Source of the DNA: a bacterium HR24
GTDB taxonomy: Bacteria > Chloroflexota > Dehalococcoidia > SM23-28-2 > HRBIN24
DNA length: 64,000 nucleotides
Direction: 5' to 3'
NCBI GenBank assembly: GCA_002898715.1
Contig: BEIA01000001.1
Coordinates: 67,535-131,534 of the forward strand
The position numbers and the translations under genes were made by a program. Numbering within the stretch: position 1 is the stretch's first letter; each line of letters starts with the position of its first letter. Shown here in pieces: positions 47,053 to 56,175 of this stretch. The notes under the pieces were generated by a model that was not told the origin of the DNA, made no database searches, and saw only the letters and a program-made list of their open reading frames with translations.

Positions 47053-49613
47053 GAGGTCACCTCCCGAATACGTGTATCCTCGACGCCGAGGCGCCGTGGG
47101 CGCGCTGGTGCGGGCGTAGCCAGCTCCACGGTCGATAAACCATGCACGCCGGCCCCTTCCTCGCCGGCGACGCCGAGGCTGACATCGGTGCTGAGGCGGG
47201 CATCGCCAGGCGCAGGGGGGTAAGAAGCAGAGAGCGGCGGCTGCCGGCGGTCAGAGCTGGCCTGGGGACAGCCGTCGGAGGGGGCGGGCGATCCCTCTAG
47301 CCTGGCCACGTACCCTATATGTCTCCCAGGTGCATCGACATGGGCAGCCAGGAAGGGACGTATCAGTATGGAGGGGGGCTTCTTCCAGCCCAAGCTCCTG
47401 TACACCGAGTCAATGTTTACCCTGTGTTCAGACCATGAGTGGAGAGGGGCGCGCTGGACCAGGACGGCCGTCTGGGTGGGCAAGAGGTAGAAGGTGGACA
47501 GGTCGTCCCGAAACACTACCCAAAGTGAATGCTGCCCGTCCCATAGCTGCACCCCGAAGGCGAGGGTGGGCCAGCCTTCGCCCACGAAGCGGAAGTTCTC
47601 TTCCGGCAGCACGGTGAGGGCGAGCTCGCAAGGGAAGGGTATCCACTGTGCCAGACCTGCCTCCGCCCACTCGTCGGAGCGCTGGACAGGAGAGTCGCCC
47701 ACCTGCCCGTCCTGGTAGACCTCTAGCGCCAACGCGTGGCGCCCGGACGCCTCCCCCTCGTAGGCCCGCGCCTCATCGTTCCCACCCACCCTTACGGACG
47801 GGTCCCAACGAAACGGCGCCAGGGAGGGGCGCGTGCCCGTCCTCGGGCTCCAGAAGAAGAAGTTGGGGTTAAGTATGCCTGGGTCCCGCAGCAGGAAGTT
47901 GGAGACCCTTACAACGGCGAAGGTAGAGGCTCTGGCATCGTTCACCCTCAATGCGAACTCCTTGACCTGTAGAGAGCCTGTCTCCCCTGGGAGTCTCAGG
48001 AACAGGATCGTTGGCAGGTCGAAGGGGGAAATAACCGCCAGCTTGTAGCGAGCGGAGGAAAAGGGCGCGATAACTTCAGGCCCATAGGCTTCCAGCGGCA
48101 AGGGTAAAGGAGAGCCCATGAGGGAGAAGCGGGGCTGAACGACGGCTGCTGAGCGGTTGTGGACCTGGACGGTGAAGCTGGTGGGGGCGCCCACGGCCCA
48201 GGGGTCGTCGACCGATATCACCGTCAGTTCAAGGCGGCTTTGCGTGCGAACCAGCCCCAGGCCCGTGGCGGCCAAAAGCGTCAGCCCCAGCGCGGCCACG
48301 AGGCCCGCTGCCGGCGCGGGACCCTGCAACCACGCTTGGCCGAGCCAGCCGCTAGCCGCCGACGACGCGGGGCGCCCTGGCTCTCCCTGAGGCTCACCGC
48401 CGGCAGGGCACTCGAGCGCCAGGCTCAACATGGCGAGAGGTAGCCAGTAGACAAAGTAATTGTGGAGGGAACGATACGAGAACCAGAGAGGGATGGCGGG
48501 GAGTGCCCACAGGGCGCTTCTGAGGCGAGCGAAGAAGAGGTGGTAGGCTGCAACGGCGAGGGCAGCAGCTGCTACAGCCATCGCCAGGTAGAGGGGCCTG
48601 GGCAGAGGGGCGAGGCCCAGCTGGGTCAATAGGCTCGGACCCGACCCAAGAGGGACCATGGGCGCGATGAACGGGAAGAACGTCCCTTGGGCCCAGTCCC
48701 GCGGGTCCCCGGTGACCATGAACGGGAGGTTGGTAAATAGAAAGGTTGCGAGGGCCGTCAGGCTGAACAGGAAGACATGGGTGAGGCGACCGCGTACGCC
48801 GTGGGTGGAGTGCCCCTGGCGCCCCAGCCACACCAAGAGGAATGGGGCAGCCAGCCAGGGCGTCTGCTTGAAGGAGCAGGCCAAGCCGTAGGAGATGCCA
48901 GCCGGCACCAGCCGCCCCCAGAGGAGAAGGCGGTAGCTCGCCATGGCGAATGGGACCCACCCCCAGTCGGTCACCGCCCCCTGGGTGAAGAAGATGCTGA
49001 GGTTCAGCTCAGCCATTAGCGGCAGCCACACGAGGGGCCGTAGCCTTGCAGGTGACCACAGGTAGAGCATTGCCCAGGCCGTTAGCTCAAAGCCGAGCAG
49101 GACCCACCGGAGGTCGGCCAGCCCTAGCCACACGAACGGGACGAACGCTACCACGTGCAGGGCCGGGTAGCTCATGACGCGGTCGATGGCCGACCCGTCG
49201 AGCAAGCGAGTCAGGAATTGGGGCGACAGGCCGAATTGCCTGACCGCCTCCTCGGTCAACTGGGCACCGACAAGCCGGTAGGGATTTATGCCGTGGAGCA
49301 CCGCCTCCGCGGCATAGTGAGTAAGGGCAAGGTCGTCCGTGCCATAAACAGGATTCCTCCGAGTGAAGTGCACCATGAGGGACACCACGGCGAGGAGCAG
49401 GGCCCCCCAGGTGCCTATCTCCACCCAGATCACTCGCGGGGCGGCCAAGCCCATCACAGGCAGGGCGAGTGCGCACCCGTACAGGGCCAACGTGAGGGCC
49501 ACCATCTCGGGGCGCGTGAGATCGGCCTGGAAGTAAAGGACTCCCCCCGCCCAAAAGATGAAGGCTGATGCCGCTAGGGCGGCGACCGCTCTTCCCTGGC
49601 CCTCATCGGACAT
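47049..49613 (-). CDS. large polytopic membrane glycosyltransferase-like protein (GT-C/GtrC/PMT-like) with about 350-aa extracytoplasmic C-terminal domain
   Basis: About 850 aa. At least 12 hydrophobic segments in the N-terminal 500 aa, then a soluble domain. ATGA overlap with the GT2 gene downstream. Start taken at MSDEGQG. Confidence 0.5.
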   Translation of the reverse strand: MSDEGQGRAVAALAASAFIFWAGGVLYFQADLTRPEMVALTLALYGCALALPVMGLAAPRVIWVEIGTWGALLLAVVSLMVHFTRRNPVYGTDDLALTHYAAEAVLHGINPYRLVGAQLTEEAVRQFGLSPQFLTRLLDGSAIDRVMSYPALHVVAFVPFVWLGLADLRWVLLGFELTAWAMLYLWSPARLRPLVWLPLMAELNLSIFFTQGAVTDWGWVPFAMASYRLLLWGRLVPAGISYGLACSFKQTPWLAAPFLLVWLGRQGHSTHGVRGRLTHVFLFSLTALATFLFTNLPFMVTGDPRDWAQGTFFPFIAPMVPLGSGPSLLTQLGLAPLPRPLYLAMAVAAAALAVAAYHLFFARLRSALWALPAIPLWFSYRSLHNYFVYWLPLAMLSLALECPAGGEPQGEPGRPASSAASGWLGQAWLQGPAPAAGLVAALGLTLLAATGLGLVRTQSRLELTVISVDDPWAVGAPTSFTVQVHNRSAAVVQPRFSLMGSPLPLPLEAYGPEVIAPFSSARYKLAVISPFDLPTILFLRLPGETGSLQVKEFALRVNDARASTFAVVRVSNFLLRDPGILNPNFFFWSPRTGTRPSLAPFRWDPSVRVGGNDEARAYEGEASGRHALALEVYQDGQVGDSPVQRSDEWAEAGLAQWIPFPCELALTVLPEENFRFVGEGWPTLAFGVQLWDGQHSLWVVFRDDLSTFYLLPTQTAVLVQRAPLHSWSEHRVNIDSVYRSLGWKKPPSILIRPFLAAHVDAPGRHIGYVARLEGSPAPSDGCPQASSDRRQPPLSASYPPAPGDARLSTDVSLGVAGEEGAGVHGLSTVELATPAPARPRRLGVEDTRIREVTS

Positions 49614-50043
49614 GGCGCGAAGACCACACCAGCGTCCGGCTGAATGTGTAGTTGGCCACGAAGGCGGCACCCACCCCGAGAACGCCGGCTGCGAGGACGG
49701 GTAGACCGAGAAACGGCAGCGTAGCCACCAAGAACCAGTTGAGCCCCACGCCCACAGCCACGGCTACGTGGTACGTCGCCAGGCGGCGCCACCAACTGGG
49801 GCACCTGGGCAGGGAAGCGAGCGCCCAGCGGTCGTTGAGGACGAAGTTGCCCAGTATGGAGAGCTCGATGGCCACCGGCGCTGCCCACGCCGGCGCAATC
49901 CCCAGTCGGGTCAGAGCCCACAGGGCTCCCAGGTTCACTAGCACCCCAAGGCCACCCACCAGCGCGAAGCGCGCCGCCAATGCCGCCTCGGCCGGAGCGC
50001 GGCAGAGGAGGGGGTGAAACGGGCGTTGCCAAGCCCCCGGCAT
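49603..50043 (-). CDS. GtrA-family membrane protein (polyisoprenoid-linked sugar translocase subunit)
   Basis: 146 aa with 4 TM helices. FALVGGLGVLVNLGALWAL...NFVLNDRWAL...ANYTFSRTLVW is typical of GtrA. Confidence 0.6.
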   Translation of the reverse strand: MPGAWQRPFHPLLCRAPAEAALAARFALVGGLGVLVNLGALWALTRLGIAPAWAAPVAIELSILGNFVLNDRWALASLPRCPSWWRRLATYHVAVAVGVGLNWFLVATLPFLGLPVLAAGVLGVGAAFVANYTFSRTLVWSSRHVR

Positions 50044-50049
50044 GGGCGG

Positions 50050-51279
50050 CTACTCGGGAGCTGAAAGGTGTTCGCCCAGCTGGTCGAGCACCACTTCCCG
50101 GAGCGAGCGCCGGGGCTCGAACCCGAGGCTGCGGGCGCGGCGACAGTCCGACAGGAGGACAGGGACATCCACGGGTCTGGTACGGCCCGCCTGCATCGTC
50201 CGGACCAGCACCGGCCCCGCCCTCGTTTCCACGACCAGCTCCCCTGCCGAAAGCATGGCATCCCCGTTCAGGTGGAGGGCCAATAGATGTGCGTCGATGC
50301 GGGTGAGGTCAGCACGACCTTTGAAAGGGGAGCTTGGTGACCGGGCGAGGGGGTCGTCCACTCCCTCCAACCCCAGCCCGTGCACTCGCCGTACCCGCAT
50401 GCCCGCTGCTTCCAGGGCAAGCAGCAAGTAAGTCAAGACCGAATTGGTACGCTCGCTGCCGAGATTGTAAGGCCTTCCGGCCTCGCCTCTTGCCGCGAGG
50501 AGGACATAGCCTTCAACGATGTCGCGGACGTGACTCCAGTCGCGAAAAGACACTACGTTCCCGAGTTCGACCACCGCTCGCTCCCCGCGGGCAACGGCAG
50601 CCACCTGGCGGGCAATGCTGGAGGTGACGAACTGGGGGCCCCGCCCCATACCCTCATGGTTGAACGCGCGGCTCACAACCACCTGGAGCCCGTAGCTGCG
50701 GGCGTAAATATGGCCCAACCACTCTGCCATCACCTTGCTGGCCGCGTAGGGCGAGACGGGGCGCAGGGGCACGTCCTCATCGATGGGAAGCTCCGGAACC
50801 CGGAGAGGGGCCGGAGTCAACCATTGCCGATCCCCTTCCGCCAGGGCGACCCGCCCATATTCCTCGCTGGAGCCAGCGACCAGCAAACGTGCCCGGGCAC
50901 GGGAGAGCCGCAGGCACTCCAGCAGGTTCACCGTACCGAGGACGTTGGTCATCAGACACTCGATTGGCTGCTCAAAGGACGAACCGACGAAGGATCGGCT
51001 CGCCAGATGGAAAACGTAGTCCGGCCCCACCTCGTCCAGCACGCGCATCAGGCCCGACAGGTCCAGCACGTCCCCTTGCACAAGGCGCACGCCCCGTAGG
51101 AGCTCCCCCTTTTTCTTGTGCCAGCGATCGCTGTCATGCTGCCTATCGGCGTAGGGGTGGCGCGATAGCCCCCACACCTGCGCCCCGAGTGCCACCAGCG
51201 TCTGAGCAAGGTAAGGGCCTACGAACCCGGATATACCCGTTATGAGAACCCTCTTCCCACCGTACACGTCGTCAGCCAT
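50050..51279 (-). CDS. NAD(P)-dependent sugar-nucleotide epimerase/dehydratase (SDR; GDP-mannose 4,6-dehydratase-like)
   Basis: KRVLITGISGFVGPYLAQTL (Rossmann GxxGxxG), YAASKVMAEWL (the YxxxK catalytic pair), GTVNLLEC, SSEEYG. Confidence 0.7.
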   Translation of the reverse strand: MADDVYGGKRVLITGISGFVGPYLAQTLVALGAQVWGLSRHPYADRQHDSDRWHKKKGELLRGVRLVQGDVLDLSGLMRVLDEVGPDYVFHLASRSFVGSSFEQPIECLMTNVLGTVNLLECLRLSRARARLLVAGSSEEYGRVALAEGDRQWLTPAPLRVPELPIDEDVPLRPVSPYAASKVMAEWLGHIYARSYGLQVVVSRAFNHEGMGRGPQFVTSSIARQVAAVARGERAVVELGNVVSFRDWSHVRDIVEGYVLLAARGEAGRPYNLGSERTNSVLTYLLLALEAAGMRVRRVHGLGLEGVDDPLARSPSSPFKGRADLTRIDAHLLALHLNGDAMLSAGELVVETRAGPVLVRTMQAGRTRPVDVPVLLSDCRRARSLGFEPRRSLREVVLDQLGEHLSAPE

Positions 51280-52036
51280 GGCTACCCCCTTGGGGGCTCC
51301 GCTCGACAGGCTCTTGGGCCGCCATCCTCCCGGGAGGTGGCGGCGCCGCCGGTGCACGACGGGCGGCGCCGCGGCCCGTGCGCCGCTGCGTTGCCGTCGC
51401 CATCACCCCTGCCCCCACACCACCTGCTGAGGGCTCGGGCCGTGGGGCGGGGGAGGCAGCATGCCGGTCGGACCCCGGCCTCTTGTCGCTCAGCGCGGCA
51501 GGGGTAACCCCGGCAGCGGCCAGCCTGGATGCCGCCTCTGACCGCCTTGAGGCTCCCAGATCCCTGTAGAGGCGGCGCAGCTCCAGCTTCACCGTGGACC
51601 GGGAAACCCCAAGGGCTGCGGCCATCTCTGCCACGGAGCATCCGGCTACCACCAGGCGGGCCAGCTGCAGCTGGCGCTCCTGCGAGCGAGGGGGCTGCCC
51701 CTCCACTGCTCGTAGGAGGGCCACCGCCTCCGGCCGCAACAGCGACAGGCCCAGGCTCGCCGCCCTGGCCGCCCGAACGAGGAGCTGCAGGTCGTCCGGA
51801 GCCACCACCGCCGTAGCCCCCTGGCGGAGGAGGAAGAGGTCACTCCTGGGATCGCCGGTACCCAGGGCCACCACCGGGCGCCCCTTCTTAAGGGCTTCCC
51901 CCAGCGAAGGGGGGTCGGCCACCACCACCCCTGCACCCTGGACGACCCTCAGGCCCTGGCGGCGCAGGAGACGGACCAGGCCCAGCCTCATGACCTCGTT
52001 CACGGCCATGACCTCCACCGACACCGTCGTCCCCAT
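51272..52036 (-). CDS. LuxR-family regulator with receiver-like N-terminal domain
   Basis: C-terminal region QLQLARLVVAGCSVAEMAAALGVSRSTVKLELRRLYRDLG (LuxR HTH). The ORF runs on past the HTH because no stop occurs, so the 3' end is uncertain. Confidence 0.45.
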   Translation of the reverse strand: MGTTVSVEVMAVNEVMRLGLVRLLRRQGLRVVQGAGVVVADPPSLGEALKKGRPVVALGTGDPRSDLFLLRQGATAVVAPDDLQLLVRAARAASLGLSLLRPEAVALLRAVEGQPPRSQERQLQLARLVVAGCSVAEMAAALGVSRSTVKLELRRLYRDLGASRRSEAASRLAAAGVTPAALSDKRPGSDRHAASPAPRPEPSAGGVGAGVMATATQRRTGRGAARRAPAAPPPPGRMAAQEPVERSPQGGSHG

Positions 52037-52124
52037 GGGCCTTCCCCCGTCCAGGCCGGCCCGGCCGACCGATCGCGATCGCCCCATCGGCCCTGCCTTC
52101 CTGCCGGCAGCCCCGGGCTACCCC

Positions 52125-52436
52125 TCAAGCCTCTGGCCGGGTGAGCGCCTCCAGCGGCACCGGCCGGTACCGGCAGGGGCAGCCCGCCCCGCCCGGGCAA
52201 CGCTCGGCAGCCTCCCACGACCAGTCCGTATCGGGCCGCTGCCTGAGGTAGCCTGCCGCCTCCTGCCGACCGGGGAAGAGCCTCACGTCCACAATGCGCC
52301 CCTGCCGGTCGCGGGCGATGAGGACCACCATTGCCACCGCCGTGTGACCTCCCTCCTTGCCGACAGCCTCGCCTGGGGGCAGCGCTGTCAGGATGCAGCC
52401 ACGAGGCGAGGTGCCCTCGCTGTGCTGGGTTATCAC
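52125..52436 (-). CDS. hypothetical protein
   Basis: 103 aa. A C11/G11 homopolymer sits immediately upstream of its start. Confidence 0.3.
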   Translation of the reverse strand: MITQHSEGTSPRGCILTALPPGEAVGKEGGHTAVAMVVLIARDRQGRIVDVRLFPGRQEAAGYLRQRPDTDWSWEAAERCPGGAGCPCRYRPVPLEALTRPEA

Positions 52437-52447
52437 CTGCTATCATC

Positions 52448-52458
52448 GGGGGGGGGGG
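52448..52458. repeat. G11 homopolymer tract
   Basis: tcatcGGGGGGGGGGGcgatg. It lies about 12 nt upstream of the start of the minus-strand ORF 52125..52436, and about 100 bp from the IS end. Confidence 0.8.
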
Positions 52459-52553
52459 CGATGTCAAGTGGCCAGGGAGGGCCCTGCACACAAGTGGCCA
52501 TAAGGACAATCTTCGTGCACCCCATAGGCAAATGGGCTAGGGCCACCCCCAGC

Positions 52554-53623
52554 CGCGACTGTCACACGCACGGTTGGCGAGTTTTTGAGGAGGGGAGGGT
52601 GGGCGCTGTCCCTGAAGGGCCCCTGTGGTGCTGAGCCCATCAGGCCACCTTCAGGTGGGGCAGGAGGAAGGCCGCCTCCAGGCCGGCCCAGGACTTGATG
52701 CCCCGCATGGCCTTGGCCCGGATGCGGAAGCGGCCTATGGCCTGCTCGGTGGGACGAGGGTAGTGGGCACCTGGGGGTCATGGTGGTGCAGGCAGTAGCT
52801 CTGCCAGTTCTCCGAGAGGCGCAGCACGAGGGCCTTCAGCCTCCCAAGGGGGCTGTGGGGCTCTGGACGGAGCCTTGTGAGCCCCTGCCACAGCCCAAAG
52901 AGCCTCATCCCCCCACCTGGGGGCCTATCTCTCAGGAGCCCCCCCACCTGGGCGAGCAAGGGGGCCCACTCCTCCCCCAGCTCCCTCTCCAGGCGCCGTA
53001 GCTCCCTGCCCGCCCAGCGCAGCAGGTGGAAGGTGCACACCTGCTGCCTGAGCCCCAGCTTCCTGGCGAGGAGGCGATAGCTCCCCAGGTCGTCCGTCAC
53101 CAGCACCTCCACCCCCAGCCGCCGCAGGAGGGGCAAGAGGGCCCTCATGAGGGCCTCAGCGTCCCTCTCGTCCACCTGGAGGAGGGCCAGGGGCAACCCC
53201 TCCTCCATCTCCACCGCCACCACCAGCCCCCTACCCTTCCCTTTGAGCCTCGCCCAGAGGCCGTCCAGCCCAAGGCAGGGCACCCGCCTTGCGGCCAGCA
53301 GCCCCTTCACCTCCCGCAGGAGCAGGAGGACGTCCCGCCAGACGGTCATGGCCGAGAGGGCCACCTCCAGCCCGGCCAGGAGGGAGGCCGTGGCGCGGGT
53401 CGAGAGGCCCAGGGCCCAGAGGAGGGCCGAGAGGGCGGCCGTGCGCTGGCTCTGGTGCCGCCTGTCCACCCCCTCCGGGTAGTGGCGGAAGGTGTGGCGG
53501 CAGGCGGGGCAGCGGTAGCGCTGGACGATGATCTCGCCTGTGCGCAGGTCGCGTATGGGCTTCCTGGCCTTGCCCCAGGCCTGCGGGGCCGGTGAGGAGC
53601 AGCGGGGACAGAGGACGGCGGGA
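52554..53623 (-). mobile_element. intact copy of a roughly 1.07-kb insertion sequence (zinc-finger plus DDE transposase, IS1/IS1595-like)
   Basis: Both ends are repeated at 44684..45404. The terminal sequences GACTGTCACACGCACGG... and ...GGTGAGGAGCAGCGGGGACA form imperfect inverted ends (TGTCAC.. and TGTCCC..). Confidence 0.6.
52735..53600 (-). CDS. IS transposase (N-terminal CPRC...CPAC zinc fingers, HTH, DDE core)
   Basis: ...YRCPACRHTFRHYPEGVDRRHQSQRTAALSALLWALGLSTRATA...VLVTDDLGSYRLLARKLGLRQQVCTFHLLR... The exact start is unresolved. Confidence 0.55.
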
Positions 53624-53628
53624 TAGCC

Positions 53629-54687
53629 TCAGGCGCCGCTATCGCGGCTGTTCAAATCGGGAAGTGACGGCTGTTCTCGCCCTTCGCCGGGTGGTAGGCT
53701 CTGGGCTCGCACGGCACTCACCTGCTGGGCGAGGAATGCCAGGCCTGAGCGCAGCTCTTGATAATAGTTCTGAATCGTCGTCAGAGGCTTTGCGAGTCTG
53801 GTCTCTGCATCGTGCTCGAGGCGCTCCAGCCGGCGCTGTACGTCGCTCAAGGTATGGGCGAGCCGCTCCATATCGATGTCCTGGGACGCTTCCAGGACGG
53901 TGTGCATCAGCAGGAGCACATACGGCAGGAAAAGGCTGTGGCCGACCACGATGATGCCATCTCGGGCCAGCTCGGGCAGTGCCGCCAGTGCCAGCCGGTA
54001 GAGGCCATCGGGAACGACAACCAGAGCGAACGGCATGGATGTGTTCGGATCGATATACTGGCGGACCTCGGAGGCGCGGCGCCGTAGCACATTTTCCGCC
54101 TCTTGCCGCAGCCTGCGAAGGGCCTCGGGGTCGTCCTCTGCTGTATCGGCGGGCACCAGCATCTCGGCGGGGAACTTGCTGTCCACAGGCAGCAGACGGC
54201 CATTGGGTAGGCGGATGGCAAACTCCACCGTCTTGGTGCCGACCCGGTGGTTGCGCACGTGCCATGCCGGTGGCAGCACTCCCAGCAGCTCCTCCACGAT
54301 CCTCTCCCCGGCAAGCCCCCGGCCGGGGCTGCCGGCGATGATGCCCTCGACACGGCGTATAGACTGCACAAGGACCCGTCGCTCCTCCTCCCGCGCCTCC
54401 AGGAGGCCGCGCAGAGAAGCGAAGCCTGACCGCATGTCGTCCAGGGCCTTGGTAAGGGACTCTGCCCCCTGGTACGTTGCCACCAGCTTGTCGCGTATCT
54501 CGCGTCCTTCTTGCTGGAGCGAGCGCACGGTAGCGAGGATCTCGCCGATGCCTTGCCGGAGAGCGGTGTCCTCCTGGGGCCTCTGGCCTGCCCACGGGCG
54601 GGTAAGGATGGCCACTACAGAGGCGGCCACCACCGCGGCCACGATGGCAACCATGACTTCGGTAGCCATAGTTGCTACGACCCCCAT
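53629..54687 (-). CDS. rmuC: DNA recombination protein RmuC
   Basis: N-terminal TM helix, long coiled-coil, then VEFAIRLPNGRLLPVDSKFPAEML...ALVVVPDGLY (the RmuC nuclease-like domain pattern). Confidence 0.65.
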   Translation of the reverse strand: MGVVATMATEVMVAIVAAVVAASVVAILTRPWAGQRPQEDTALRQGIGEILATVRSLQQEGREIRDKLVATYQGAESLTKALDDMRSGFASLRGLLEAREEERRVLVQSIRRVEGIIAGSPGRGLAGERIVEELLGVLPPAWHVRNHRVGTKTVEFAIRLPNGRLLPVDSKFPAEMLVPADTAEDDPEALRRLRQEAENVLRRRASEVRQYIDPNTSMPFALVVVPDGLYRLALAALPELARDGIIVVGHSLFLPYVLLLMHTVLEASQDIDMERLAHTLSDVQRRLERLEHDAETRLAKPLTTIQNYYQELRSGLAFLAQQVSAVRAQSLPPGEGREQPSLPDLNSRDSGA

Positions 54688-54733
54688 TATATAGCCCGGG
54701 CGATGGCGGTCATGGGCGGCGGGCGGCAAGTGC

Positions 54734-55621
54734 TCACAACCTCTCCACCGCCTCCTCCATCTCCTCCTTCCGCGGCCTCGTGTACCTGGCCGTCGTGGCA
54801 AGGCTCCTGTGCCCCATGAGCTCCGCCACTATCACCAGGTCTGCTCCTGCCTCCCTCAGCAGCCGGGTCGCATAGGTGTGCCGCAGCGTGTGCGGCGTCA
54901 CCCCCTCCAGGCGGGCCCGGCGGGCAAGCGTTCGCACGATGGTCCAGACGCCCCCTGGGGTTAGGGGGCCCCGCTGGCCCACGAACAGCTGCCGCCAGGG
55001 CACGTCGCCCCGGACGAGCAGGTATTCCCTCAGCACCCGCCTCGCCTCGGCAGGAAGGGGGACGCGGCGCACCCGTCCCCCTTTGCCCCGCACCACCAGC
55101 TCACCCTTTCTCTGCGCAAGCCGCACGTCCTCCAGGTGGAGGGAGCACAGCTCACCTGCCCGCAGGCCGGTGTAGGCGAGCGTGACCACCACTGCCCGGT
55201 GCAGGATGTTGCCGGAGGCGTAGGCCTCCCGCAGGAGGCGCCGCAGCTCGGCCGCCTGGAGGGCCCTCGGTGCGCCCCTCTCTGCGGTCGGCAACGGCAG
55301 CCCGTCCAGGGGGGAGCGAGCGACCGTCCCGCGGGCCACGAGGAAGCGATAGAAGGAGCGGAGGGCCGAGAGCGCCCGTGCCACCGTGGCCGGCCGCTGC
55401 CGGCGCTCCCCCAGCAGGTCCTGCCTGTAGAGGGCGGCATCGTCCCGCAGGACGGCGCAGGGGTCGAACTCCCTCTCCGTCGTCCTCTCCCACCAGCGGG
55501 CGAAGGCCTCCACATCCTTTAGGTAGCCGGCCACGGTCCTCTGTGAGCGCCCCCTGGAGAGGAGGTCCCGGCGCCACTCCCCCAGGAGGTGGGAGATGCC
55601 CGCCATGCTACCGGCCTCCAT
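54734..55621 (-). CDS. tyrosine site-specific recombinase (XerC/XerD-like integrase)
   Basis: N-terminal SAM-like core-binding domain (SQRTVAGYLKDVEAFARW). Catalytic motifs R...HTLRHTYAT...LMGHRSLATTARYT (the R-H-R-Y set). Confidence 0.8.
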   Translation of the reverse strand: MEAGSMAGISHLLGEWRRDLLSRGRSQRTVAGYLKDVEAFARWWERTTEREFDPCAVLRDDAALYRQDLLGERRQRPATVARALSALRSFYRFLVARGTVARSPLDGLPLPTAERGAPRALQAAELRRLLREAYASGNILHRAVVVTLAYTGLRAGELCSLHLEDVRLAQRKGELVVRGKGGRVRRVPLPAEARRVLREYLLVRGDVPWRQLFVGQRGPLTPGGVWTIVRTLARRARLEGVTPHTLRHTYATRLLREAGADLVIVAELMGHRSLATTARYTRPRKEEMEEAVERL

Positions 55622-56175
55622 CTGTTGTCTCCAGGTCTCCCAGGGCGTCGCGTGGCACGAGCCATGCCCGTCCCAGCTGCCTTGCCCTGGGGACCTCGCC
55701 CCCTCTCGAGCCGGCGCGCCAGCTCCTCGGCCGGGATGCCCACGAGCGCCGCCGCCTCGGCCACGGAGAGGAGCCTTCCCCGCCCCATGTCCCGTGCCAC
55801 CACCCATGCCTCTTCGAGCGCCTGCAGGAACGCGCCGTCGCCAAGGAGGGCCTCCCAATCGGGAGCGAGGTGCCCTCTCATCGTGAAAATGCCGCTCGGG
55901 TCGAAGGTATGGCTGTAGGCCTGCTCCACCTCCGGTGGTGGGACGACCGACACCGACCACCCGGTGAGGGCCCCTGCCACGAGCGAGGCATACCAGGCGG
56001 CCCCCCGGGGGTCTGCTCCCTGGGCCAGGGCGCCATCCATGACCGCGTTGAGGATGGCCTCTGCCAGGTGTGGGTCCGCGAGGTCATCGGGCGAGGCCAG
56101 GTCCAGGGCTTCTACCTCCTCGGGCAGATGGACCGGGAACGGCAGCAGCCTCTCCAGCAGCGTCGGCATCTTCAT
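55519..56175 (-). CDS. hypothetical protein with C-terminal HTH (excisionase/MerR-like)
   Basis: Start MKMPTLLERL overlaps the upstream stop (ATGA). Contains ...RLLSVAEAAALVGIPAEELARRLERG. The 3' end overlaps the integrase start, so its position is uncertain. Confidence 0.3.
   Translation of the reverse strand: MKMPTLLERLLPFPVHLPEEVEALDLASPDDLADPHLAEAILNAVMDGALAQGADPRGAAWYASLVAGALTGWSVSVVPPPEVEQAYSHTFDPSGIFTMRGHLAPDWEALLGDGAFLQALEEAWVVARDMGRGRLLSVAEAAALVGIPAEELARRLERGRGPQGKAAGTGMARATRRPGRPGDNRWRPVAWRASPTSWGSGAGTSSPGGAHRGPWPAT

Noticed and set aside
52070-52081. CGATCGCGATCG perfect 12-bp palindrome (two GATC sites) between the LuxR regulator and ORF 52125..52436
   Set aside because: Possibly a regulatory or methylation site, but it is a single short occurrence in GC-rich DNA with no supporting second copy. 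Too weak to call.
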